This document shows, piece by piece, positions 10,444 to 20,004 of a DNA stretch of 64,000 nucleotides. The stretch is from assembly GCA_964647565.1 (NCBI GenBank), contig CAZYIM010000001.1:64001-128000 (forward strand). The letters run 5' to 3'. The translations under genes and the position numbers were made by a program. The DNA comes from an uncultured Methanosarcinales archaeon. GTDB lineage: Archaea; Nanobdellota; Nanobdellia; Woesearchaeales; CAZYIM01. The notes under the pieces were generated by a model. That model made no database searches. It saw only the letters and a program-made list of their open reading frames with translations, and had not been told where the DNA came from. Every line of letters begins with the position of its first letter. The first letter of the stretch is position 1.

Positions 10444-10944
10444 ATGATGAATGAGGAACTTGCTAATGCACTAAAGACTGCCTTGGAGTTTGAGGAGAAA
10501 GGGTACAAAATCTATGAACAGGCTTCTAAAAAAACCAACAATCCTATTGTTGCCAAGACCTTTGCATATCTGGCAGAACAGGAACTGAACCATATAAGCG
10601 AGATAGAAGGATTTCTGGACAACAATGAAATTGATCTTAAGGGCGACAAGCCTGAAGAGACCAAGAAATTCTTCATGATGACCACAGATGAATTCAAGGA
10701 GAAGACTGAGCTTTCTGATGATGACATCCAGGCTCATGAAACCGCAATGGAACTTGAAAAAATTGCATATGAATTCTACAAGAAAGAATTGGAAACTGTT
10801 GAGGATTATGATTTGAAACTGTTCTTCACATTCCTTATGGAACAGGAAAACGCTCATTTCATGCTCGTGCAAAAGGCTCTCGACTTTATCAAGGATCCTA
10901 TTGATTTTTTTGCACAGGAGGAGGAATGGATGTTTGAAGGTTAA
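10444..10944 (+). CDS. Ferritin-like (rubrerythrin family) protein
   Basis: Duplicated E..G..Y / E..H diiron motifs. Confidence 0.85.
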   Translation: MMNEELANALKTALEFEEKGYKIYEQASKKTNNPIVAKTFAYLAEQELNHISEIEGFLDNNEIDLKGDKPEETKKFFMMTTDEFKEKTELSDDDIQAHETAMELEKIAYEFYKKELETVEDYDLKLFFTFLMEQENAHFMLVQKALDFIKDPIDFFAQEEEWMFEG

Positions 10945-10945
10945 A

Positions 10946-11665
10946 ATGACTGAACATACTGGCGAACTGGTGGAAATCAGGGATGAGACTCTGGATGTAA
11001 GGACATTCAGGATAAAACTAGATGATAAAGTTAATTTTATATCAGGCCAGTACTGCATGGTCTCGATTCCAGGTTCAAACGTAAGTGAGAAAAAACCTCT
11101 CACATTTGTAAATTCCCCCACAGAAAAAGGCTATGTCGAGCTGACTGTCAAGAAGATAGGCAAGTTCACGTCCTCACTTTTTGAGTTAAAGCCAGGAGAT
11201 GAATTAAAGATTGATGGTCCGATGGGAGAGAACTTGAATTTTGATGGGCATGTTAAGGAGGATGTTGTGTTCATTGCAGGAGGATCTGGCATAACCCCCT
11301 TCATCTCTAGCATAAGATATGCTGTTGCAAAAGGGCTTTCTAATCATATAATCTTGTTTTTCAGCAACAGGAGTGCAAAAGACATCATTTATAGTGCAGA
11401 ACTCCAGAGCATTAATAAAGACAATATAACAATCATCAATACATTATCAAATGAATGGCCAAAAGATTGGAAAGGTGAGACCGGCTGGATTGACAAGGCC
11501 ATGATCACGAAGTATGTTAAAAATCCTGAAAAAAAGATCTGGTATCTCTGCGGTCCGCCACCAATGGTCCATGCAATGCTTAGCCTTCTTCATGAGATGG
11601 GTATTTCTGATCAAAATATAAGAGTTGAACACTGGGAGATACCAGGAAAACAAAGGCAAGAGTGA
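10946..11665 (+). CDS. FNR-like FAD/NAD(P)H oxidoreductase
   Basis: GQY, G.F.S.L, IAGGSGITP, YLCGPPPM. Confidence 0.9.
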   Translation: MTEHTGELVEIRDETLDVRTFRIKLDDKVNFISGQYCMVSIPGSNVSEKKPLTFVNSPTEKGYVELTVKKIGKFTSSLFELKPGDELKIDGPMGENLNFDGHVKEDVVFIAGGSGITPFISSIRYAVAKGLSNHIILFFSNRSAKDIIYSAELQSINKDNITIINTLSNEWPKDWKGETGWIDKAMITKYVKNPEKKIWYLCGPPPMVHAMLSLLHEMGISDQNIRVEHWEIPGKQRQE

Positions 11666-11670
11666 ATAAA

Positions 11671-12189
11671 ATGGTAAAACTTTGGAGATGTAAGATTTGC
11701 GGAGATCCTTATATAGGAGACGAACCACCAAGCAAGTGCCCATTTTGCGGCGCTTATCAAAATTTTATAGTTGAAGCTAAAGACTATAAGGAGACTTTTG
11801 ATATTGAGCTGAATAAAAAAGATAAGGCCAATGCTACAAAAGCCCTCGAGGTAGAGATATCAAATGCACAGTTCTATTTCTGTGCTGCTGGAAAGACAGA
11901 TGATCCAGAAGGAAAACAGCTCTTCAAGGCTCTTGGCAAGGTTGAGGCAGAACATGCATCTATCTGGCGAAAGATCCTAAAACTGCCAAAAGAGTCCAGC
12001 CTTAAGTCTGAAGAATGTTCAACCAGCACTCACGACAACCTGGAGGAATCTCATGCAAGGGAAGATAGAGCCATAGAATTTTACAGGCAGGCTGCAAAAG
12101 AATCTAAGAACCTCAGGGTAAAGCAGATATTTATTGCCCTGGTGCAAATAGAAACAGATCATCTAGAGCTTTCAGAAGAGAGACTATAA
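11671..12189 (+). CDS. Rubredoxin + ferritin-like (reverse rubrerythrin-type) protein
   Basis: WRCKICG...CPFCGA followed by EAEH/ETDH. Confidence 0.85.
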   Translation: MVKLWRCKICGDPYIGDEPPSKCPFCGAYQNFIVEAKDYKETFDIELNKKDKANATKALEVEISNAQFYFCAAGKTDDPEGKQLFKALGKVEAEHASIWRKILKLPKESSLKSEECSTSTHDNLEESHAREDRAIEFYRQAAKESKNLRVKQIFIALVQIETDHLELSEERL

Positions 12190-12202
12190 GGAGGTAGTCA
12201 GA

Positions 12203-12430
12203 ATGACCAAGGTAAAAGTTTATTCAACACCGACTTGCCCATGGTGCAAAAAGGTGAAGGATTTCTTAAAAGAGAAAAATGTAGAGTTCGAGGATCTCAA
12301 TGTGGTGGAGAACCAGGATGCCAGAGCAGAGATGATCGACAAGTCAGGGCAGATGGGAGTTCCAGTACTTGATATTGGCGGCGAGATCATAGTTGGTTTT
12401 GACCAGGAAGCCATTGAGAAGCTTCTTTAA
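12203..12430 (+). CDS. Glutaredoxin / NrdH-like redoxin
   Basis: CPWC; SGQMGVPV. Confidence 0.9.
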   Translation: MTKVKVYSTPTCPWCKKVKDFLKEKNVEFEDLNVVENQDARAEMIDKSGQMGVPVLDIGGEIIVGFDQEAIEKLL

Positions 12431-12431
12431 A

Positions 12432-13331
12432 ATGTACGACACAATTATCATCGGCGCAGGCATAGCTGGCTTGACTGCAGCTCTTTATGCAGCCAGGAAA
12501 AGGATGAAATATGAGATCATCTCTACTGATTTTGGTGGCCAGTTCATGGTCAGCGGGGATGTTTTGAACTATCCTGGCATTCCAAAGACCACTGGCGCGG
12601 ATTTTAGCGCAACTCTTGAAAAGCAGATGAAGTTAAACGATGTGCAGGTCAAGATAGAGACAGTCAAGGAAGTCAAGAAAGATGGCAATATCTTCAGGAT
12701 CATCACCAATAAGGCTGAATATGAAACCAAGACTGTTATTATTGCAACAGGTGCTATCCCAAGGAAGCTTAATGTGCCTGGCGAAGAGAGATTGGCCAGG
12801 AAAGGAGTTGCCTATTGCTCTATATGTGACGGACCATTGTTTTCTGGCATGAATGTTGCTATTGTCGGAGGCGGTGATGCTGCATTAGAAGCTGTTGATT
12901 TCATGAAGGACATTGCAGCCAAGATCTTCTTGATTGTCAGGGGAGACGAATTCACAGCCCATGAATACCTGCAGGAGGCTGTCATGAAATTGAAGAACCT
13001 CGAAGTGATCTATAACGCCAGCACAAAGGACGTTCTTGGGAAAAAGTTTGTCACAGGCCTTAAGTATGAGCAGGATGGTAAAGAGAAAGAGCTTGCTCTG
13101 CAGGGTGTGATCATTGAGATTGGAAGAGTACCCAACACAGAAATCTTCAAGGACTTGGTTAAACTGGACGATCATAAACATATCCAGATTGACTGCAGGA
13201 CCTATACATCTGTAGAGGGCGTCTTTGCAGCAGGCGACTGCGCCTCAGGCCACGAATACCAGTATGTGATTGCTGCGGGACAGGGCTGTATGGCTCTGAT
13301 AAAAGCAGCGAGGTATCTGGCAGGAAAATGA
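12432..13331 (+). CDS. trxB: Thioredoxin-disulfide reductase
   Basis: GAGIAG; CSICDG; GGGDAALE; FAAGD. Confidence 0.9.
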   Translation: MYDTIIIGAGIAGLTAALYAARKRMKYEIISTDFGGQFMVSGDVLNYPGIPKTTGADFSATLEKQMKLNDVQVKIETVKEVKKDGNIFRIITNKAEYETKTVIIATGAIPRKLNVPGEERLARKGVAYCSICDGPLFSGMNVAIVGGGDAALEAVDFMKDIAAKIFLIVRGDEFTAHEYLQEAVMKLKNLEVIYNASTKDVLGKKFVTGLKYEQDGKEKELALQGVIIEIGRVPNTEIFKDLVKLDDHKHIQIDCRTYTSVEGVFAAGDCASGHEYQYVIAAGQGCMALIKAARYLAGK

Positions 13332-13588
13332 ACAGATCAATACTAAACTATATCATAGATGTGGGATTGGCAATCACCTTTCTTATTTCAGCTGTCACAG
13401 GCATCATCAAGTTCCCTGAGCTGACTAAGTATTTTAGGGCAGTATACTTAACGATCCCAGCAAGGACCCTTAACTTTTTGCATGACTGGTCAGGTATTGT
13501 GATGACCGCGTTGGTTTTGGTACATATCATTCTTCACTGGAAATGGATAGTTGCCATGACCAAGAAGATATTTGGGAAGAAGAAATAG
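13328..13588 (+). CDS. DUF4405 membrane protein
   Basis: TM helices with HDWSG...HIILHWKW. Confidence 0.8.
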   Translation: MNRSILNYIIDVGLAITFLISAVTGIIKFPELTKYFRAVYLTIPARTLNFLHDWSGIVMTALVLVHIILHWKWIVAMTKKIFGKKK

Positions 13589-13598
13589 GTGTTCAACA

Positions 13599-14459
13599 AT
13601 GAAAAATCTCATATATATTTTAATTAGTCTGGCACTGATCATAGCTGGCTGTACCTCTGGGCCTGCAAATGATACAACAGGTTCGCCAAAGGGAAGCATC
13701 ATGATAGAGAAGATCGGCAGCTTTGATTTCAATGTTTCAGATATAAAGACCATACGGCCGGATATATTTGTAGATGGGCAGTTCTCTGTCTTTGATATCC
13801 TTGCTCATCTTGATGATCAGGGGCTAATCGATATGGAATATGAATTTGATCAGACCATGAACACCCACGTCATTGAATCCATCAATGGAGAATCAGATTG
13901 GTGGCATATGGTATATTATGACGGCGGCTGGCCAGAGAACAATGTTTTTAGGATGGACCACTATCCTTACAAGCAGAAGATGTACATAAGGGTGATGAAA
14001 GAGGACAAGCCTATGCTGGATGAGATGTACGACATCTTCAGCAAGGAAGTGATGCGAAAGGAACAGAACAATGAAAAAGTAATAATCCCTGAAGTAATCA
14101 TCAAGGGTCCAAAGACCAATATCCGGCTTAATAATGTTGAAGTTGAAGCCCATGATTTGAGAAATGACACATTCCAAAAAGGCGTGATAACTGCTATTGA
14201 TGTCATCATGAGCCTCCAGGACCAAAAGGAACTTAGTTATGATCTTCAATGGTATGAATCTATTGGCAGTGCCAGGATTGTCAAGAGCTATTGGGTGGAA
14301 AGGATCAACGAGGATCAGGCGCATGGCAGGTGCGGCTTTGTCTATGAAGCAGGATCAAAGCAGTACTCTGGATTCAGGGGCAACCACATTCACTTGCCAT
14401 CAGATTCAAGAGTGCTCAACTCACCAGAATATGTCGAATTTTTTTGGATATGCTTATAA
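13599..14459 (+). CDS. Lipoprotein with an internally duplicated domain
   Basis: Lipobox IIAGC; two repeats (RPDIF..GQFSVFDIL / RNDTF..GVITAIDVI). Confidence 0.7.
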   Translation: MKNLIYILISLALIIAGCTSGPANDTTGSPKGSIMIEKIGSFDFNVSDIKTIRPDIFVDGQFSVFDILAHLDDQGLIDMEYEFDQTMNTHVIESINGESDWWHMVYYDGGWPENNVFRMDHYPYKQKMYIRVMKEDKPMLDEMYDIFSKEVMRKEQNNEKVIIPEVIIKGPKTNIRLNNVEVEAHDLRNDTFQKGVITAIDVIMSLQDQKELSYDLQWYESIGSARIVKSYWVERINEDQAHGRCGFVYEAGSKQYSGFRGNHIHLPSDSRVLNSPEYVEFFWICL

Positions 14460-14530
14460 AAAAAACGAGGTACTGAGAAATCAAAATAGGTTTGGTACTA
14501 CAAGAATCAAAGATTAGTGAGGTAAATAAA

Positions 14531-14908
14531 ATGGAAAAGAACGATGTATACAAATGTAATTTGTGTGGAAATATTGTTGAACTAGCGCATGTCGGAGGCG
14601 GACAACTGGTCTGCTGCGGACAGCCCATGGAGGCTTTGGAAGAGAAGACCTCTGAATTAGAAGGCAATGAAAAACACGTCCCTGTGGTTGAAAAGACAGA
14701 GAAGGGAGTGCTTGTAAAGGTCGGCTCTGTTGCTCATCCAATGGAAGACGATCATTTCATAGAGTTCATTGAACTGATTGTAGGGGATAGGGTGCTAAGA
14801 AAATATCTCAAGCCAGGCGATGCTCCAGAAGCACTTTTCTGTGTTTGTTCAGAAAGCGAGATGACTGCCAGAGAATATTGCACCAAGCACGGTTTATGGA
14901 AGAGTTAG
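14531..14908 (+). CDS. dfx: Desulfoferrodoxin (superoxide reductase)
   Basis: [24 protein letters not shown]. Confidence 0.95.
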   Translation: MEKNDVYKCNLCGNIVELAHVGGGQLVCCGQPMEALEEKTSELEGNEKHVPVVEKTEKGVLVKVGSVAHPMEDDHFIEFIELIVGDRVLRKYLKPGDAPEALFCVCSESEMTAREYCTKHGLWKS

Positions 14909-14913
14909 TTTTT

Positions 14914-15657
14914 TTATTTTATTTCTATCTCTGTAAAAAGAGGATAGTGATCTGAGAACAAGGGCTTTTTTATCACTCTGCTCTTGATTGTTACCCTGTC
15001 AGATGAATTTATATTGGCAAGGATATAATCTATCTTATCATCTGTCTTTGATGAAAGATTAGATGTCTGGGTTGCATATTTATTTGATAAGGAGTAAGTA
15101 TTTTCATTATTAAGATCTGGTTCAAAAAGCACGTTGTTCCTTAAGAAAAGATCATAGGACAAATTTAGATCTCCTGCAAGGATTGAATTATTACCACGAC
15201 ATAACATGGATAATAGCCTGAATTGGCTGAGTGTAATTTTAAGCTCATTCGGTTGATTAGCTGAGTAAAGATGGGTATTGAGAATCAATAGTGTGCTGTC
15301 GCCAAATGGAATCTCTGTCATCAAGAATCCCTTTTTAGCCAGTCGCTCGACAAGATTGTATTTTTCAGTGATTCCGAAAAAATGGAATTCAAACAGATAG
15401 GGTCTTTCCTTAGTGAATATCACAAGGCCAGGAGCATTGATGAACCTTTTTGGGAAGGCAGAGACATAATAATCACCCAAGCTTCGATGAAGCCGTTTTA
15501 TATATTTGCTTAAGAAGACCTCCTGAAGGGTTATTATATCAGGCTGAAGCTCCTTGACCATCTTGATAAATCGCGCAAATCTTTTTTTCTGGTCTCTTGC
15601 AAACGGTTTTGGAAGAAGCCATAGATTAAGATTTAAAATAGTAATCTTTTTACTCAT
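14914..15657 (-). CDS. Endonuclease/exonuclease/phosphatase family protein
   Basis: LQEV, NTHL, GDLN, IDYI, SDH. Confidence 0.9.
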   Translation of the reverse strand: MSKKITILNLNLWLLPKPFARDQKKRFARFIKMVKELQPDIITLQEVFLSKYIKRLHRSLGDYYVSAFPKRFINAPGLVIFTKERPYLFEFHFFGITEKYNLVERLAKKGFLMTEIPFGDSTLLILNTHLYSANQPNELKITLSQFRLLSMLCRGNNSILAGDLNLSYDLFLRNNVLFEPDLNNENTYSLSNKYATQTSNLSSKTDDKIDYILANINSSDRVTIKSRVIKKPLFSDHYPLFTEIEIK

Positions 15658-15730
15658 ACAACCACCGGATTTAATTTATGAACAACCTTTTGTGATAATA
15701 AATTGAAAATAGTATATTAATCTATTGGTT

Positions 15731-16966
15731 CTATAGCTCTTCCTCGATCTCTTCTGTGAAATCAGGTTCTGGATAGAACTTGTTGAACAGGTTTATGTAG
15801 TCCAATAGATGTCTTGTGGAAAGGAAGTTTCTCTTGACATGGTCATGACCCTGTTGACCCAGCTTTTGGCGAAGATTGGGATCTCTTAAGAGTTTCAAGC
15901 CTTGTTTTATTCCCTCCTGTCGATTTCTTATCAGAAATCCAGTCTTCCCATTCTTTATCTGCAAAGGGATTCCGCCAACAGGAGTGCCGATGACAGGAGT
16001 TTTCTTCCATAAGGATTCTGAAACTGTCAAAGCAAATCCTTCCTTGACTGAGTTCTGGAAGACAAAAGCTGACTGCTGCTGCAGCACATTGACCAATAGG
16101 TCGTTTTTTTCTGTTATCAGGTGCACACCAGGTATGGTCTTAGCCAGGTTCTGGATCTTGTTATAGATTATTGGGCTCTGAGGATCATCTGAGGGCATGT
16201 CGCCCATCAAGATCAACTGGCAGTCTTCTTTTTCCCTCATCTTCTGATACATCTTAAGCACACCGACATGATCCTTCCAGGGATCAAACCTTGAAATCTG
16301 GGAGATTATAGGCTTATCCATGTCAATGCCCTTGCTTGCCAATAGTTGCTTGCATTTGGCATTGGCGACTTTCTTGTTCTTTTGGGACAAAGGATCAATG
16401 CTGGGATGTATTATGAACTGAGGTTTTCTGATGTGTTTGATCTTGAATTTCGGATGAGAAACAATGATGCCGTCATATCGTTTTATGAAAGGTCTGAGAA
16501 AGTTTAGCACATCTCTGTTTGGATGCGAGATGTCTATATGGCATCTCCATATCCAGTTGGTCTTTTTCGCGTATTCTGTGACCATGCCTGCCGGCTGAGG
16601 ATCGTGGATGACAACAATATCATGGTCCTTGATATGTGTTACAATAGAGTTCCGCCTGCAGTATTCATTATAGAGCTTCTGCCTGGATGGAGTCATCTTC
16701 CATTTTTGGCCCTGCAGCGCATTATGCATGCCCTTGGTGATCTTGAAAAAAGAATGGCTTCCAAACATCACACGCCAGCCTGTGTTAATGCCCAGGTCAT
16801 TCATCAGGAATATCAGGGTATTGAGTATCTCAGCGACGCCTCCGCCTGCAGCAGTGGCATTGACATGCACTGCATGCTTGCCTTCTAATGGTTCAGCTGC
16901 ATGCCTGATATGCTCTATAACTTTTTTGCCTACAATAGGCTCATAGTCTTTGAGTTTAGGTATCAT
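15731..16966 (-). CDS. treT: GT4 glycosyltransferase, trehalose synthase TreT-like
   Basis: HVNATAAGGGVAEIL, IHDPQP, WRCHID, SRFDPWK, EGFALTVSE. Confidence 0.8.
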   Translation of the reverse strand: MIPKLKDYEPIVGKKVIEHIRHAAEPLEGKHAVHVNATAAGGGVAEILNTLIFLMNDLGINTGWRVMFGSHSFFKITKGMHNALQGQKWKMTPSRQKLYNEYCRRNSIVTHIKDHDIVVIHDPQPAGMVTEYAKKTNWIWRCHIDISHPNRDVLNFLRPFIKRYDGIIVSHPKFKIKHIRKPQFIIHPSIDPLSQKNKKVANAKCKQLLASKGIDMDKPIISQISRFDPWKDHVGVLKMYQKMREKEDCQLILMGDMPSDDPQSPIIYNKIQNLAKTIPGVHLITEKNDLLVNVLQQQSAFVFQNSVKEGFALTVSESLWKKTPVIGTPVGGIPLQIKNGKTGFLIRNRQEGIKQGLKLLRDPNLRQKLGQQGHDHVKRNFLSTRHLLDYINLFNKFYPEPDFTEEIEEEL

Positions 16967-17022
16967 AGATAGATTTTCAGGGTTATTGTTATTTATATTT
17001 TGCGATATAGATGAATTAATTA

Positions 17023-17064
17023 TTTTGCCACTTAAAAGTAGTAAAAAAGCGAAAGATTTATAAA
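17023..17064 (+). promoter_or_regulatory. Palindromic operator + BRE + TATA
   Basis: TTTTGCCACT-TAAA-AGTAGTAAAA, then GCGAAA and TTTATAAA (17057-17064); ATG 23 nt later. Confidence 0.7.
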
Positions 17065-17086
17065 TAGTAGTTGACAGAATAGCTAT

Positions 17087-17851
17087 ATGGCGTACCTATT
17101 AATGGATCTTGATAACACTATATTGTCCAAACAGCAAATAGACGATATAGGCTATAAGATAGTCAGCAAGAAAGTATTGGGTAGAGAGATATCCATGCTC
17201 AAGCATCCTGTAACTGGCGAACCTGATAAAGAGTTCACCAAGCACTCCAATCATGAGATATGGGAATATAAAATACAGCAGGTCAAAGAGAATAATGAAA
17301 ACCTCGGGAATGCTTACAATATCGACCAACTCGTAGGCATGGCTGGAGCTGCATCTTGCGAATATATTCGAAGAGGCAAGACCTGGAAGTCGAAGGTTGA
17401 TGTGTTTCTACAGCCTGTTTCTGTAAAAAAGCTGAGAAATGCCACTCTAGATATTGGCGTGGCCACATCTGGTGCTAAAGAGGTTCAAACAGAGATCCTC
17501 TCACAACTGGGATATTTTGAAGCTGGAATCAATCCAGAACTAAGCACATATGCTGACGAAGGTCAGGATAAGATAGAGCTTATCCAGAGATCGATTTCAA
17601 AATACCTGGAAATCAACTCAGGATTACCCAAGATGCTGATATATATAGGCGATTCTGCAAAGGATATGGAAGCAGTCAGGATTATTCAGGACTCTGAAAT
17701 GTATCCAACAACTTTTATTCCAATCGCCGTGCTTACAGGCAATAATAATTCAAAAGAGCTCTTTGAATCAGGAGCCCTCGCAGTATTTTCAACTCTTAAG
17801 AATCATAAGAATATTGATGCTTTGAATTGTTTCGTGAGGAAATTCAAATGA
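17087..17851 (+). CDS. HAD-superfamily hydrolase
   Basis: DLDNT motif I; ATS; K; IGDSAKD motif IV. Confidence 0.85.
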   Translation: MAYLLMDLDNTILSKQQIDDIGYKIVSKKVLGREISMLKHPVTGEPDKEFTKHSNHEIWEYKIQQVKENNENLGNAYNIDQLVGMAGAASCEYIRRGKTWKSKVDVFLQPVSVKKLRNATLDIGVATSGAKEVQTEILSQLGYFEAGINPELSTYADEGQDKIELIQRSISKYLEINSGLPKMLIYIGDSAKDMEAVRIIQDSEMYPTTFIPIAVLTGNNNSKELFESGALAVFSTLKNHKNIDALNCFVRKFK

Positions 17852-18786
17852 AAAATAGAAAATACGATGTTGTCGGACTTGGCGCATGCGGAATCGACCA
17901 GATAAGCAATGTTAAGCAGTTTGCAGACAATGACAACAAAGTAACCTCTGATAATCATATTAACCAGGAAGGAGGCGTCACTGCCAACAACATTGTTCAG
18001 TCTGCAAGATTGAGCATGAAAACTGCCTGGTGCGGCTGCCTTGGCAAGGATTCTAAAGCAGATCATCTACTCAGGAAATTCAAGAGAAGCAAGGTGAAGG
18101 CTTTTGCAAAAAGGCTAGGACAGACCCAGAACTGCTGGATAGCTGTTGACAAGAATGGAGAAAGACAGATCTATGTCTTTCCTAATTCTACTGCAAGCTT
18201 AAATGCATACGCTGTAGAGGAGAAATTTAAGAAAGTTATAAAACAGTCAAAGCATTTCCACACTGAAATTGCTGTAATACCACTAAATGCTGCTATCCGC
18301 GGTGCTGAAATAGCTAAAAGAGCCAAGTCATGGGTATTCCTCGATGTTGACGGAGATATTGACTATCTTGTGAAAAAAGTAGGTATCGGCTCTATGTATG
18401 AAGTTGAAAGGCTCATGGGCCTGGCAGATGTTGTCAAGCTGTCAGAGTCAGCTGCAAGACAGTTATCAAGAAAAAAGGATCTTAACGATATCATAACAGA
18501 ACTGCTAAAAAGTTCAATCATAGTCGTTGTAACCCTTGGAAACAAGGGCTGCATCATTGCAAGCAAAAAAGAACGGCATATGTGCCCTGCGTTCAATGTG
18601 GAGTGTGTTGACAGCACAGGCGCTGGCGATGCATTCATGGGCGGATTGTCATATGCTATCCTAAAGAAACTTCCATTGAAGGAAGTTGGAATGTTTGCAA
18701 ATGCTTGTGGAGCCTACTGCTGCACCAGAAGAGGCGCAAGAGGTTCAGGCAACCTGGATAAGGTAATGAAAGTAAGATTCAGATAG
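17848..18786 (+). CDS. PfkB-family carbohydrate kinase
   Basis: GGVTAN; VTLGNKG; DSTGAGDAF. Confidence 0.9.
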   Translation: MKNRKYDVVGLGACGIDQISNVKQFADNDNKVTSDNHINQEGGVTANNIVQSARLSMKTAWCGCLGKDSKADHLLRKFKRSKVKAFAKRLGQTQNCWIAVDKNGERQIYVFPNSTASLNAYAVEEKFKKVIKQSKHFHTEIAVIPLNAAIRGAEIAKRAKSWVFLDVDGDIDYLVKKVGIGSMYEVERLMGLADVVKLSESAARQLSRKKDLNDIITELLKSSIIVVVTLGNKGCIIASKKERHMCPAFNVECVDSTGAGDAFMGGLSYAILKKLPLKEVGMFANACGAYCCTRRGARGSGNLDKVMKVRFR

Positions 18787-18796
18787 GAGGGAAAAA

Positions 18797-19051
18797 ATGA
18801 ATGATAATAAAAATTATGACGGAAATGCTGGAAGCACATATATGCCAATACCAGAAGGAGAAATGTTCCCATCAGGCTCTAGGCCGAAGCTTTGTGCTGA
18901 ATCCTTAAAGATCATGGAGAGTTATTTCAGACTTTTAAGGGAACCTGCCGATAAAAGGACTTACCTTATAGTTACAACCAATAACCCGGACAGGATCGAT
19001 CCAGAAATCAAAAAAAGGTTATTCGAAGCTCCAAGAAATATCAATTCTTAA
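18797..19051 (+). CDS. Hypothetical protein with an AAA sensor-1/SRH-like segment
   Basis: GGAGG RBS; IVTTNNPDRIDPEIKKRL. Confidence 0.6.
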   Translation: MNDNKNYDGNAGSTYMPIPEGEMFPSGSRPKLCAESLKIMESYFRLLREPADKRTYLIVTTNNPDRIDPEIKKRLFEAPRNINS

Positions 19052-19071
19052 ATACAAAAAAGATTATAAAA

Positions 19072-19965
19072 ATGTTAGAAAAAGTAACCACAGAAAGTCT
19101 TTCAGAAAAGATTTATAAGCTTGAAAAGAGAAATGCTACGCTTGAAGACAGCAATAAAAAGCTTGAGAAGGAAAGGGAATTGTTGATCCAGGACAAGGAA
19201 CTAGCAATGAGATCCCTTGCAGCAGGCCTCGCTCATAACTTCAATAATAATATGGGCGGCATCCAGGGTTATATAGAGATGTTATTAATGGATGCCAAAG
19301 AGGGTGTTTTAGATCCTGCATCCGCAGCAGAGGACCTCGAAAGAATCATGAAAATATGCAAGAAAACTACCCTGCTAACAAACCAATTGCAGGCATACAC
19401 TGGCAAGAGTGTCACTAATCAGGTCATCAAAGAGCTGAATACAATTGTTGAAAACTTCTTAGATCTGGAGGAAGGTTATGCTAATATTAAACAGTTTGTC
19501 AAGTTTGAGCCTAAAGCCAAGAGCTTTGTAAACAGGGACAAGGGGCAAATAGAGCTTCTTGTTGGAATGTTAGTTGATTATGCAAAGGAGAACATACCTG
19601 ATGTTGGTTATGTGCATGTAAAGACAGAAGATGTATCACTCGATAAAAAGATCAAGAACAGGATAAATGATATTCCCAAAGGCGAATATGTGGTTTTATC
19701 AGTAAGTTATAATGCTAATAATATAAAGGATGCAGATATCGGAGTACTTTTTGAGCCTTTCTATTCCAAACAAAACATGATGGAGAATCTTGGATTAGCA
19801 CCTGTAAAGGGCATCCTGAAGGGCCACGGCGCATATGTTGACATCGAACGGTCTGAAGACAAGACTTCTTTTAATATCTATTTCAATTCTGTCAACAAGG
19901 AAATGCATGAACTAAGACAAAAACTGGTTGATACCATCCAGTATGGTGTCGAGAATAAGAAATAA
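19072..19965 (+). CDS. Histidine-kinase-like protein with degenerate ATPase domain
   Basis: Coiled coil; H-box LAHNFNN; FEPFYS and LGL remnants. Confidence 0.8.
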   Translation: MLEKVTTESLSEKIYKLEKRNATLEDSNKKLEKERELLIQDKELAMRSLAAGLAHNFNNNMGGIQGYIEMLLMDAKEGVLDPASAAEDLERIMKICKKTTLLTNQLQAYTGKSVTNQVIKELNTIVENFLDLEEGYANIKQFVKFEPKAKSFVNRDKGQIELLVGMLVDYAKENIPDVGYVHVKTEDVSLDKKIKNRINDIPKGEYVVLSVSYNANNIKDADIGVLFEPFYSKQNMMENLGLAPVKGILKGHGAYVDIERSEDKTSFNIYFNSVNKEMHELRQKLVDTIQYGVENKK

Positions 19966-20004
19966 GCCGTAAGTTTTTTATAATTAATCATCTATCTTTT
20001 AGTT

